Assembly (NCBI RefSeq): GCF_006345805.1
Contig: NC_043003.1
Location: 39,928,001 to 39,992,000 of the forward strand
Length of the DNA: 64,000 bases
Source of the DNA: Octopus sinensis
Lineage: Eukaryota
Direction of reading: 5' to 3'
Of this stretch, positions 12,956 to 26,100 are shown piece after piece (positions within the stretch are counted from its first letter, which is position 1; each line of letters opens with the position of its first letter). The position numbers and the translations under genes were made by a program. The notes beneath the pieces are model-generated. The model did not search any database. It worked only from the letters and a program-made list of their open reading frames with translations, and was not told where the DNA came from.

Positions 12956-14424
12956 TTATCCGAATATTTACATATGTATATATGTATAAATATATGTATA
13001 AGCATACATGTATGCATGTATGTATCAGAAAACTCACAGAATATATATATATATGTATATGTACACACACGCACACGTACACACACACACACCACACAAC
13101 ACACACACACACACACACATAAGTACACACGCATACGCTAAGTGTGCAGTTGTTAAAACATGCTGAAGTTTTCACAGACATGTAGGTAGTGTGTGTACGT
13201 ATTAATATGAGTGTATGTGGGTGTTTGTGTGTGTGTGTGTGTGCGTGCGTGCGCGCTCGCACATACATACATACGTTCATAATACACAAATACATACATA
13301 CATACATACATACATACATACATACCCACATAAGTGTATCATCACCAATCCCAACATTCATTTTCTGTCTGCCGTGGGATGTTTTTTGTCTTAGTTTCCA
13401 AGTAATAACATTGTCTAAACATTCATTCAAATGTGATGACTGTACACACACACACACACACACGCACTCACGCACGCATTTAAATACACGCTATATATAT
13501 ATATATATATATGTTTGTATGTATGCGTGTATGTGTGCATTAATCATCTGGTTATTTACGTTATATCTATTTTGTTTTTTTTAAATACTTATTTCTTTCA
13601 CCAGTTTGGTACATAACATCTTGAACAAATATTTTATTTACGTCTTTTAGCTGCGTTTAACTTCAATTGTGTGTTTCAATGCAGTAAAACCAATGTTTTA
13701 AGATTACTAACTGTGTCACAAGTTCTGCCTGTTTGAACTTACTACAAAAACACAAAAAGCAAAATAAAAAAAAAAATACACATAAATATATTTAAATAAC
13801 TAAAGCTTGTTAGACTAGAAACGATATTGCTTTTAAGATATTGTGCTTTGACCAGTTGTTGTAAAAGTGTGTACTTCGTGTGTACCTTTATGTACCTCTC
13901 AGTGAAACTGGTGAAGGTTGTTTCCATGATATTGCAATGTTATTTCCTTTTGAGAAATATTTGATTGGCGCAAAAAAAAAAAAAATTGTTACATTTGATA
14001 AATTATCAAATAAAGTTGACAAAATGTATCACTGCGAAACGTCTGTTTTTAACTCTTTGTTTGTCCTGTGTATCATATGTGACACGCCGGACATATTTCC
14101 CTGGCGTCAATACAACGTATATGCTATACATATAGGATAGCAGATAACAACAGCAAACAATATGTGAAGATATAGTTAAAAGAACAATTACGTCCTAATG
14201 TATATTTCCTAAGAGGAGGGACTTTTTACTATCTGGAGAGTTCCTGGCGTTCATAGATCACTACTTAATCCGATATTTTTCTGATTTTATCAGCAAAACC
14301 TAATGCATACATATATTATATGTACACATTAGGTAGAAAGCAGGAAGAATCGTTTGCACGCCGGGCAAAATGCTTAGCAGCAGTCGGGGAATTGTGTAGC
14401 CGAAGCTGAGAGGTGTAAATTTGC

Positions 14425-15014
14425 GCTACTCTAAACGTTTTGCAACGTTTGTTTCTGAAAGTAGTGTTTTTCTGATTGCTACCCTCCCGTGAAATACAGC
14501 TTTGTCCAGCTCCCGGCGAAGAATTTTTGTGAAAACTGGATTCTCGAGGTGGTCATTAAGCTGTGCAGTAATTTTAGGAGCTGTCCTTTTGTGATTCTTT
14601 CTAACAATTTGTGTAAGAGTCTGATGGTCCCTATCTGAAAGTTTTGGTTTTCTTCCGTTGTTTTGTTTCGGCAAAGAGATTTTTCTCCACTTTCTCAAAG
14701 GCTGTCATTATTTTCGAGACAGTAATTCTTGATACACCAAACAATTCGGCTGCTTTCGTTACGCTAGCGCCTGCCGTACAAGCAGCAACAATTTGACCTC
14801 TTTGAAAGTTCGATAGATCTGTCATTTTAATGAATTTTAATTACATTTTTCTGATGATATCTGAAAAGAAACAGCAATTTTAGCAAAACATATTAAGCAA
14901 CACTAATAATAAATAAAAGAACATAAAAATAAACAAGCTTTTGGAGGTTTTATAAATATTTCAAAATTATGACGCCATGATGCCAGGTGTTTCCATTATT
15001 TTGTCCAACCCCTG
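14425..15014 (-). mobile_element. Tc1-family transposon, 5' half (TIR plus frameshifted N-terminal transposase)
   Basis: Minus strand starts TA|CAGGGGTTGGACAAAATAATGGAAAC; encodes MTDLSNFQRGQIV...SVTKAAELFGVSR...GRKPKLSDRD...RRELDK. Confidence 0.85.
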
Positions 15015-15022
15015 TATATATA

Positions 15023-15090
<68 letters not shown>

Positions 15091-15302
15091 CTCGCACATA
15101 TACGCGCACAACACACACGCACACATATATACATGCACACACATATATAATAACGTAAGAGAGGGAGAGAGAGACTGACAGACAGCCAGATAGGCATATA
15201 TACCTGTGTTGTGCACATATGTAAAAGAAAGCTAATTATCTCTTCCAACGTATGTTTATTTGTATACATATAAATAGATATACATATGCCTCTGTGCAGC
15301 AT

Positions 15303-15799
15303 ATAAGCTATTGGGAAAGACTCAAGAGATTAAGACTTAGAACGTAGGCGAGAAAGATATGCCATAATATACATCTGGAAGATCCTGAAAGGACTTGTCC
15401 CAAACTTTGGCATCGAGAGTTACATAAATACTAGAACTGGGCGCCACTGCATAGTGCCAAGGACTCCAAATTTGCCATCAAGATGTACGACAAGATACTG
15501 TGATAGCCTGGGCTTCAGAGATCCACAGCTCTTCAATATCCTCCAGAAGGACCTGAGAGACCTGCATGGGGTGGATGCAGATGTCTTTAAAATAAAACTG
15601 GATCTCTTCTTGTCAGGTATCCCAGATGAACCAACTTCACGGCAGGAGGTGCAGATGAGGGCAGCTGCATCAAACTCTCTCATGCATCAAATGTCAATTG
15701 CTAAAAAGCATTCGTGAAGTAAAATCATGTAGCAACACCGAATGATGGTGCCCCAGCATGGCCACAGCTCGTGTGCTGAAACTAGATAATAAAAAAAAT
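15303..15799 (+). mobile_element. CR1-group (CR1/L2/Crack-type) LINE 3' end: RT C-terminus, 3'UTR and A-rich tail
   Basis: SYWERLKRLRL...ERRRERYAIIYIWKILKGLVPN...PQLFNIL...FKIKLDLFLSGIPDEP; stop at 15717. Confidence 0.85.
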
Positions 15800-16315
15800 A
15801 TACATATGTACATACACACAGACACACACATATGTAGAATATTTTGATATATGCGGACTGTCATTAAGTACTCGCACGTGTGCATGTATGTATATCTTTA
15901 TATATCAATTGAATTATTTCTCGATCAAATAAACAACAAAGTGTAGCCCATTTATTGGGCAATCTTTTCCTGCTTCGTTGTCAAGCCGTAACAATTAAAA
16001 GTGAGAATACGTGTACGTTTATAACTGTAATTGTGTACGCACGCATATACATGCGTATACATGCATATACATGCGTATACATGCATATACATGCGTGTGT
16101 AAAGTGAGCTGCAGTGAGAAAGAAATACACAAAGGTAGAGTGAAAGATGCGTGAAACTTGGGTTTTCTACATCTGAGGAATTCCGGCTTTCGTCTAGAAC
16201 CCGACATCGTCGATAACCCAGTATTTGAGTCGAGAGCTGCTTCTCTGGAAATACTCTGATTTCACACCCTACCTGACCTTATATATTTATATAAATATAA
16301 ATATATAACTGGTTT

Positions 16316-16369
<54 letters not shown>

Positions 16370-16374
16370 ATATA

Positions 16375-16446
<72 letters not shown>

Positions 16447-16487
16447 TATTATATATATATATATATACATACATATACATATAATTA

Positions 16488-16713
16488 CAGGGTGTCCCAG
16501 AAGTCGCGCACCATTCTGGTTTTCATTTAAAATAATTAAAGCATTTTATTTTATATTTTCTCGGCATGTTTATTGTTGAGGATGCTCAATTATTACAATT
16601 TATTACAATTTATTACATTTATTACAATTAATTTCAATAAAGTGTTTTTTGAAATCAATATGGGTGTATTCTTTTAAAAAACCAGAATGATGCGCAACTT
16701 CTGGGACACCCTG
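16488..16713. mobile_element. Tc1/mariner-type MITE, 226 bp
   Basis: About 36-bp TIRs CAGGGTGTCCCAGAAGT(C/T)GCGCA(C/T)CATTCTGGTTTT, flanked by TA on both sides. Confidence 0.9.
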
Positions 16714-16787
<74 letters not shown>

Positions 16788-16856
16788 ATACATACATGTT
16801 GCCTGTGTGCATGTGCAAGAGGGAGAGGCAGAGAGAGGAGAAAGGATATGTATATG

Positions 16857-16917
<61 letters not shown>

Positions 16918-17168
16918 ATATATATATATCGTATTATATAAAAAGAAAATAGAAACTACACATGGAATTTAAGGGGAAAATAAGAAAAAAGCCAGTGAAC
17001 AGTAATTTTACGAAACCGGTATGTTTTGAATCTCTTTAACAATTCACAATGATGACTTTTATTACTTTTATTCCTACCTCAGTTCATCTAATTGTATCGT
17101 TACTTTTCATAAAAAAAGTCTTACTTTTTTTGATTTCCAATGTGCATTTTCGATTTCTTTCTTCTTAC

Positions 17169-17223
<55 letters not shown>

Positions 17224-17874
17224 CAGGTGGGATGTGAAGTTAGGGTATTTCCAGAGAAGCACTCGATCCAAATACTGGGCTATCAACATTGTCGGGTTCC
17301 AGGCCAAAGCCAGAATTCATCAGTTGTAGAAATTCAAAGTTTTACGCCGATTTCACCCTAAAATTGATTTGCCGAAGAGTAAATAATCCAAACGAAAGAA
17401 GACAAAGAAATGTCTTCAAAATATTTTTAATGTTTCTCTACCAACTCTATTTACAACGCCAGTTTACGCAAAAACGTGACAGCTTACCTTTGATGCAAAT
17501 CTGATGAAGTACCTCCGTAATGTCTAAAATCGCAAGCATTACGTAAATTTTGCGTAAACTGGCGTTGCAAATCGAATTGGTACAGAAACAATCGTAACGA
17601 ATCATTAAAGATGTATCAGATAATCCCATAAGTTCTGTCCGATTTCACCTTTTTTTAAAAACTGAATGAAATTTAATAGTATTTTAGAATGTTTAATGGA
17701 ATAAAAATTATTTTTATGCATTTGTGTACATTTAAACTGATTAAATATTATTTTACAGAATAATAGAATTACAATTTCTTTGATTAAAACCTTTCTAACA
17801 TGGAAGTATCCTGATTTAAATACTACTTTATGTAAAAGGGACTCTGCAGCCGAAACGATATACATATGTATATA

Positions 17875-17933
<59 letters not shown>

Positions 17934-18116
17934 CATGTTTGTGTGTGTGTGTGTTCGCGTGCGAGCGTGTACATGCGTAGTGGTATGTATAAATGCAAAC
18001 TTGATACCAGTTCAAATATGGAGGCATATTCGAAATAATAAAAAGCTATTCATTGTATTTTGTGACGGAGAATATTCCCTGCTATTGATAGATAGGTGTA
18101 GACATAATTCAAATGA

Positions 18117-18805
18117 CCGACTACCTAGCAGTCTTGCCATGCCAATATACACATATATTAGAATTTTCTCTGATTCCTCAGATTTTTTCGTATGCTGGAC
18201 TACTGGTTTTAAATTGATATTAAAATTAATATTAATTTATCTCCCTCATTATTTAAATATTGAAATAAATACGTTCTCTAGTAGCAAACACTAACCGCAG
18301 TGAATTATTTACTGCAGTTCTTCGCCTCAGGAATTCTTTAACGCGCCTGAACTAAGACATTTGAAATTTTATACCTAATGTAATCGGTAAAACTAAACAC
18401 GTGTCTGTTTTGGCACAGAAAGCTGGGGTTAGTTTTTCAGATTGCATTTACGCTGAACGAATGCACTGATGAGGCCACGGACATTTGAATTATGTAAGTA
18501 ATTCTTTTGTTAAAGGCTGAAACCGAGGTATGCATTTAATTCTGTTTTTTTTATATAAATTTTCATCTGTCCTGCCCGCTAAATTTGGTTCTGGTGTTCG
18601 CTCAATTTTCCCTCTAGAGAACTTTCTTTGTAGTTTGATCGTTGATGATCTATTTCTAGCATACGGCCGACTACCTAGCAGTCTTGCCCTGCCAATATAC
18701 ACATATATTAGAATTTTCTCTGATTCCTCAGATTTTTTGTATGCTGGACTACTGGTTTTAAATTGATATTAAAATTAATATTAATTTATCTCCCTCATTA
18801 TTTAA
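18117..18805 (+). mobile_element. Partial tandem pLTR-like element: 140-bp direct repeats flanking a hammerhead
   Basis: 18117-18256 is nearly identical to 18667-18805; the second copy runs into (TA)n. Confidence 0.65.
18459..18537 (+). ncRNA. Type I hammerhead ribozyme, canonical core
   Basis: GAATGCA-CTGATGA-GGCC...GAATTA(tgtaag)TAATTC...GGCT-GAAAC-cgag-GTA-TGCATTT; 7-bp stem I; predicted cleavage after A18530. Confidence 0.75.
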
Positions 18806-18977
18806 TATATATATATATATAATATGTAGAAAAATACAAACTGGGACAAGAACGTAAAACATTTAGAAGACGATACAAAAAACACGGACGGGACATTCGA
18901 AGCCTTCAATCTTCAGTCAAGAACCGGATCTTCCTCGCAATTTCGGCTGAGATAGATAGCTTGATTGATAGATAGAT

Positions 18978-19055
<78 letters not shown>

Positions 19056-19101
19056 GTAGATAGATAGATATATATATATATAGAGAGAGAAATCAATCAT
19101 A

Positions 19102-19138
<37 letters not shown>

Positions 19139-19488
19139 GCGTACATACATGTCCATATACTCGCGCGCGCACACACATACACTCACGCACACTGACATAC
19201 AGTTATATATATCATACATATATATACATCATATACATATATTTATTTATATCATATATATATATTTACATTTATCATACATATATTTATATATATCATA
19301 TATATATATATATATATTAACATATATATATGATATATTATATATATATTTATTTATATATATATCATATACATATACATACATAAATATGTATCATGTA
19401 TCTATATACTTATATAGATAGATATGTATCATATATATATGTCTATACATATAAATTTGACATGGGCGACTTTTTCTTGTATATAATA

Positions 19489-19551
<63 letters not shown>

Positions 19552-20089
19552 TAATAATAAAGGGTAAAATTAATTAATTAATTAATAATTAATATTTCCA
19601 CCAAGTAGTGGATTCGGTATGTAAAAGACCATTATCGGTAAACTCAAACAATGTATCATACATACGTATATATATCATACATACGCTTACATACGCACAC
19701 ATTGAGTATGTGTATATGCATGTGTGTAGATGTGTGTTTGTGTGTGTGTGTGCGTGTGCGTGTGTGTGTGTTTGTGTGTGTGTCAGTGAGTATACACATG
19801 TGGGTGAGAACCTAAAAAGTACACAAACAAAACTCACATTCCTCGAAATTCTTAAGATAGCTTAATCCTGACCACGGCTGCTGTGGGCGTTTGAGTGGAC
19901 AAGAGTCATATGGAAGGAGAAGCGAGTGAGGAGTTGTAAATTCTCCCATCGCTTACCACCCGTCATACCCGAAATAGCATTCCACAGGGTGTTTGGAAGC
20001 GTTTTTGTATACAATAGTGTGTGTGTGTGCGTGCGTGCGTGCGCGCGTGTAAATTATAATATACGCGTACACACACACACACACACGTT

Positions 20090-20120
<31 letters not shown>

Positions 20121-20186
20121 TGAGTTGAATAGCTATAATAATATATATATATATATATATATGCGTATGTACGTATACATAGACTG

Positions 20187-20251
<65 letters not shown>

Positions 20252-20277
20252 TATATATAGATAGATAGATAGATAGT

Positions 20278-20345
<68 letters not shown>

Positions 20346-20364
20346 TATATATATATATATATAT

Positions 20365-20435
<71 letters not shown>

Positions 20436-21013
20436 TGATTCTTTATTAGCCACACAGACAGAAAGGCAGAGAGTCAGACTGACAGACAGTGAGAGAGATA
20501 AATAGATCTTAAAACCGTATATACCACACACATACTTACCTAACTACAATTATACATTCATGGTTGCATACATACATACACACATACATACATACATACA
20601 TACATACATACATACATACATACATACATACATACATACATACACATAAATATACATTCATATATAAACATCCCTATCAAATTACTGTCCACCATCATTA
20701 CAAGAATTCCATTCCAAAATACTCTCTCATTAGCCATTTGAGAGTAAAGAAATGAAGGGTTTCGGTGAATACGAACGATATGAAAATCATTCCATGATGA
20801 TGATGATTATGATGATGATGATGATGTAGATGAGGAGGAGGGGAGGAGGAGGAGGAGGAGGACGACGACGACAACAACGATGCTTATGATAATAATGATA
20901 ATGTTCATGATCATGATGACGACAACGATGGCATTGTAGTTATTGGCGATGACGACGACGGTGACGATTTCGACGACAATGATGATGATGATGGTGATGA
21001 CGATGGTGATGAC

Positions 21014-21074
<61 letters not shown>

Positions 21075-21209
21075 TAGATGAGGATGATGATGTTCATTGA
21101 CTTCAATAGCCTTATCATGATTCTTATATTTTCCAACCCATCCAGACTCACTAGACTCATAGAGATTGATAGCTTAACGGATGGATAGAGAGATGTATAA
21201 ACACGCGCA

Positions 21210-21353
21210 CCTTAGTCATGGACAGCCGAGATAACTCACCCTCAATCCTATTTGGCAGTAATGGACATCGATGTTTCGTCATTTTTGGACATCGATGTCC
21301 ATTACTCCCAACAGGGATTGACGGTGAGTTATCTCAGCTGTCCATGACTAAGG
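21210..21353. repeat. Foldback element, about 65-bp arms
   Basis: The outer 31 bp (CCTTAGTCATGGACAGC(C/T)GAGATAACTCACC) have 1 mismatch; the inner arms are imperfect. Confidence 0.8.
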
Positions 21354-21454
21354 TATTTTTAACACCCCGGCGTCATAAGAGTGTATATACTCCACAACGC
21401 CATTGTAGCCACCGGAAAATACACAAAACTTATTACTTTAGTATATGTATTACT

Positions 21455-21847
21455 CTCTTTTATTTTTTTACTTGTTTCAGTCATCTGACCGCGGCCATGC
21501 GGGAGCACCGCCTTTAATCGAGCAACTCGACCCCGGGACTTATTCTTTTTAAGCCCAGTACTTATTCTATCGGTCTCTTTTGCCAAACCGCTAAGTGACG
21601 GGGACGTAAACACACCAGCATCGGTTGTCAAGCAATACTAGGGGAACAAACACAGGCACACAAACACACACATATACATATACATGACGGGCTTCTTACA
21701 GTTTCCGTCTACCAAATTCACTCACAAGGCTTTGGTCGGCCCGAGGCTGTAGTTGAAGACACTTGCCGAAGATGCCACGCAGTGGGACTGCAGCCGGAAC
21801 CATGTGGTTGGTAAGCAAGCTACTTACCACACAGCCACTCCTACGCC
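21455..21847 (-). mobile_element. SINE family A, full length
   Basis: Minus strand: head GGCGTAGGAGTGGCTGTGTGGTAAG with A/B boxes; tail GGCGGTGCTCCCGCATGGCCGCGGTCAGATGACTGAAACAAGTAAAA. Confidence 0.85.
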
Positions 21848-21861
21848 TATACCACACAGAC

Positions 21862-21945
<84 letters not shown>

Positions 21946-22013
21946 TAATAAGAGTGCGCATCGTAATTAAGATAAAACTTACTTGGAAATGGATGCGTGG
22001 TGTTCGATCATAA

Positions 22014-22091
<78 letters not shown>

Positions 22092-22782
22092 GTTCTTCTA
22101 CCTTTCTGTTTATCTCTCCGACTCTTTCCCTATTCTTCTCCTCTCCCCTTCACCGTTACCCCTCTCTCTCTCTCACTCTTCCTCCTTGACTCTCTCGTTG
22201 CTCACACGTGACGAAAGGTCAACTATCTTTCTTCCTTCCTCTTCCTTCCTAAAGACAAGGCGTGCTTTTATCTGTCTCTTCTCAAAACTCATTTTTCCAG
22301 CGTTCATTATCTTCACATCATCTTGGCTTAACTGCCCTCACCGTTTGCTTTTACAGTTTTGTTCTCACTGTCCTGTTTTTGTTACCACTTTCACCCTCCG
22401 CAAACAATCCCAAGTTTTTTTAATTTGCTTGCGGGAAGGACTGTTTTAACGAAGTCGCTTATTGTCCTTACCTTCGAGACGCGCAGTAGATAAAACAGGG
22501 GACAACTGATGAATGAAATGTTCTTTATGTTGCATGTCTCGTTTTTTTGGGGTTTGTTTTTTTTCGTTGTTCAAAAAAAGTTCATTTTTTATGTTTTTTT
22601 ATGTTTTCGTCTCTCATTGTGTCTACGTTTTTTTATGTCCTGTACCCATATATGCATGTATATATGTACATATATATGTAGGTATGTACATATATGTATG
22701 TATACATGCATATATTTATATATGTATATATATATATATATATTATATATAATATATATATATATATATTATATATATATAT

Positions 22783-23731
22783 TCTCTATATATCTAAACG
22801 GCAGTTTGTCTGTCTGTGTGTCTGTCAGGTTGTACCCTCACAATGACCACGGCTTTCAACCGATTCTAATGAAACTTGACACACACATAGCCCAATGTCA
22901 TAATTCAAGACTAACGCAGCGAAAAATTTGAAAAGTTCCCCCAGTTCTGAAAAAATTGATAAATTCGACATGGGGTCGAGAATCAGAAACACAAACCACA
23001 GACTGTCTAGGGGACGCAACTCGACCTTTTTAACTCTCAACTCCATCAATATCCAGCTACTTGAAGCTATTCCTGGTGATGTCCACGTCTACAAATCTAT
23101 TGATAGGACAGCAGACCCCGCCGAGCTTGCCGATTATCCTGTTGGATTCCTGAATTCACTTGAACCGCCAGGCCTGCCACCACACATCCTGAAGTTAAAA
23201 GTCGGTGCACCCATTATGCTCATCAGGAATTTGGTTCCACCTAAACAGTGCAACGGCACACGTCTGTTGTGAAACATTTGGTACCACATTTAATAACGGC
23301 CACAATACTTACCGGTTGTGGGAAGGGAGAGTACGTCTTCATTCCACGCATGCACCGTCAACCGTCTGGCGCTGATCTACCAATCCACTTCAGGCGTTCT
23401 CAGTTTCCTTTTAAACTCTGCTTCGCAATGTCCATCAATAAATCCCAAGGCCAAACGCTACAAGTCGCTGGGTTACATTTGGGCGAACAGTGCTTCGCCC
23501 ACGGTCAACTCTATGTGGGCTGTTCACGCGTTGGGAGGCGCAATGATGTTTTCATGTTTTCGCCCAAAGGGACAGCTAGGAACATCGTATACACAGAAGT
23601 ATTCGAGTGAAGAGAAGACATTGCAACCTACACATGCGCCTTCGTTCCCTAGAGGGAAAGGACTAGATTGGGATTAGTCGTTGCCTACTAGGGGCTCTTA
23701 CATACCCGGGCAACGCCGGGCTATGTGCTAG
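22783..23731 (+). mobile_element. Non-autonomous Helitron carrying the PIF1-helicase C-terminus (frameshift near 23270)
   Basis: 5' TC start; FLNSLEPPGLPPHILKLKVGAPIMLIRNL...CNGTRL...FAMSINKSQGQTL...HGQLYVGCSRV; 3' hairpin CCCGG(GCAACG)CCGGG followed by CTAG|T. Confidence 0.92.
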
Positions 23732-23830
23732 TTATATATATATATAACATATATATATATATATAGATATATATATATCTATATATCTATATATATATAT
23801 ATATATATAATATATATATATATTATATCT

Positions 23831-24766
23831 TCTCTATATATAAACGGCAGTTTGTCTGTCTGTGTGTCTGTCAGGTTGTACCCTCACAATGACCACGGCT
23901 TTCACCGATTCTAATGAAACTGACACACACATAGCCCAATGTCATAATTCAAGACTAACGCAGCGAAAAATTTGAAAAGTTCCCCCAGTTCTGAAAAAAT
24001 TGATAAATTCGACATGGGGTCGAGAATCAGAAACACAAACCACAGACTGTCTAGGGGACGCAACTCTCGACCTTTTAACTCTCAACTCCATCAATATCCG
24101 CTACTTGAACTATTCCTGTGATGTCCACGTCTACAAATCTATTGATAGGACAGCAGACCCCGCCGAGCTTGCGATTATCCTGTGGATTCCTGAATTCACT
24201 TGAACCGCAAGCCTCCACCACACATCCTGAAGTTAAAAGTCGGTGCAACCCATTATGCTCATCAGGAATTTGGTTCCCCTAAACAGTGCAACGGCACACG
24301 TCTGTTGTGAAACATTTGGTACCACATTAATAACGGCTACAATACTTACCGGTTGTGGAAGGGAGAGTACGTCTTCATTCCACGCATGCACCGTCAACCG
24401 TCTGGCGCTGATCTACCAATCCACTTCAGGCGTTCTCAGTTTCCTTTTAAACTCTGCTTCGCAATGTCCATCAATAATCCCAAGCCAAACGCTACAAGTC
24501 GCTGGGTTACATTTGGGCGAACAGTGCTTCGCCCACGGTCAACTCTATGTGGGCTGTTCACGCGTTGGGAGGCGCAATGATGTTTTCATGTTTTCGCCCA
24601 AAGGGACAGCTAGGAACATCGTATACACAGAAGTATTCGAGTGAAGAGAAGACATTGCAACCTACACATGCGCCTTCGTTCCCTAGAGGGAAAGGACTAG
24701 ATTGGGATTAGTCGTTGCCTACTAGGGGCTCTTACATACCCGGGCAACGCCGGGCTATGCTGCTAG
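23831..24766 (+). mobile_element. Second copy of the same Helitron, indel-riddled (possible assembly duplicate)
   Basis: End-to-end match to 22783-23731, differing mostly by 1-bp indels. Confidence 0.85.
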
Positions 24767-24784
24767 TTATATATATATATATAT

Positions 24785-25702
24785 GCCGAATTCGTGTAAA
24801 TGTGTATAAAATAAATTATCAGTTGAATAAAGTTAAACTATGGTCTGGTTTTCACGTTTATTATTGTATTTAAAAAATATTTTACAATACCGAAGTGTGT
24901 TAAACATTAAAAAAATATTTTGTAATGTTCATAAAGTTCAATTAGCGCTTTCATACATTCGTAGTAATTATCAGATTTCAAATGTATTTAACTGACAGTT
25001 GAGTACTTGACAACTGTAGTAAAATGACTGACTTCCTTTTTATACCTCTTAGAAAGCTCCAACAAGCTGAATTTTTGGAATACCATTTTGACCAATCCGC
25101 ATGCAGTTTAAACGCCACGGTTTGCCTGGTGTACCGATATTACAGGCACAGATCCCGTCTTTATTTTTACCAATTAGCTTGCTGTTTACATATAACGGTT
25201 TTATGATTGAGAAAACTTAGTTGGTTCCGATCTTTTTTAATTTCATTTAGTGGGAGTCTTCTGTAATTTGTTTATATTCATATGTTAAAGATAAGTTTTA
25301 ATCCACATCATTATCTGGTTGTTATATTATTGTTGTTATTTCCGTTCAGAACAGGTTTGATCATTTTAATAAAACGTTTTTCATCTTTCTTCCAGCCTCA
25401 CTTGTGTTATGTAGTTTGCGGAAAGGAAAATTTAGAAATATTTTCTGATCACGTTTCTATATGTTCGCTCAGTGGAATTTGACGAACATTAGTGTTCCAG
25501 ATTTGTCTGTGGACTCGTGAGCATTCCGATAATGCATTCCCTGTCTCGCCAATATATAGTTCCTTGCAATTAGGGCATTTTGCAGTTCATATCTGCATTT
25601 GCGAAAATCTGACCATTTTTTCTTCTGATGTATGTATTGACATGTTCCACATGTGGTATCATTACACTTGGATACTGTGAGTGTTTTATCTTGTCTGTTC
25701 AT
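24785..25702 (-). mobile_element. Neptune-like PLE 3' fragment (Zn-finger linker, GIY-YIG, pLTR with decayed hammerhead at 24937-24980)
   Basis: Minus strand encodes SKCNDTTCGTCQYI, CPNCKELYIGETG and IPLSEHIE...KRFIKMIKPVLN; then CTGATAA...GAAAGCGCTA; 3' end at (TA)n. Confidence 0.8.
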
Positions 25703-26100
25703 GTTGATCTACTGCATCAAATGCCTTAATTGCGAGACAGGGAGTGCATTATCGGAACGCTCACGAGTCCACAGCCAAATCCGGAACACTAATTCCATTG
25801 AGCGAACGTATAGAAACAAGGGATCAGAAAATGTTTCTAAATTTTCCTTTCCACGAACTACACGACACAAGTGAGGTTGGAAGAAAGATAAAAGCAAAAC
25901 GTTTTATTAAAATGTTCAAACCTGTTCTGAACGGAAATAACAACAATAATATAACAACCAGTTAATGATGTGGATTAAAACTTAATCTTTACCATATGAA
26001 TATAAACAACTTACAGAAGACTCCCACAAATTGAAATAAAGACGATTGAAACCAACTAAGTTTGCTCACTCATAAAACCATTACATGTAAATAGCAATCG
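25703..26100 (+). mobile_element. Inverted second copy of the same PLE fragment
   Basis: LIYCIKCLNC...IPLSERIE...RKIKAKRFIKMFKPVLN; reverse complement of about 25170-25580. Confidence 0.8.

Noticed and set aside
16044-16096. 10-bp (ATACATGCRT)n array as CRISPR-like or functional repeat
   Set aside because: No spacers; it is a simple derivative of (AT)/(CA) microsatellites in eukaryotic DNA.
17501-17507. Hammerhead from CTGATGA (also 22506-22512 +, 30853-30859 -, about 17320 -)
   Set aside because: No downstream stem II-GAAA-NUH arrangement.
18880-18935. Hammerhead-like CTGAAGA...TTCGAATGTC (minus; also about 46260-46295)
   Set aside because: GAAA is incomplete and stem II is marginal; at best a decayed relic.
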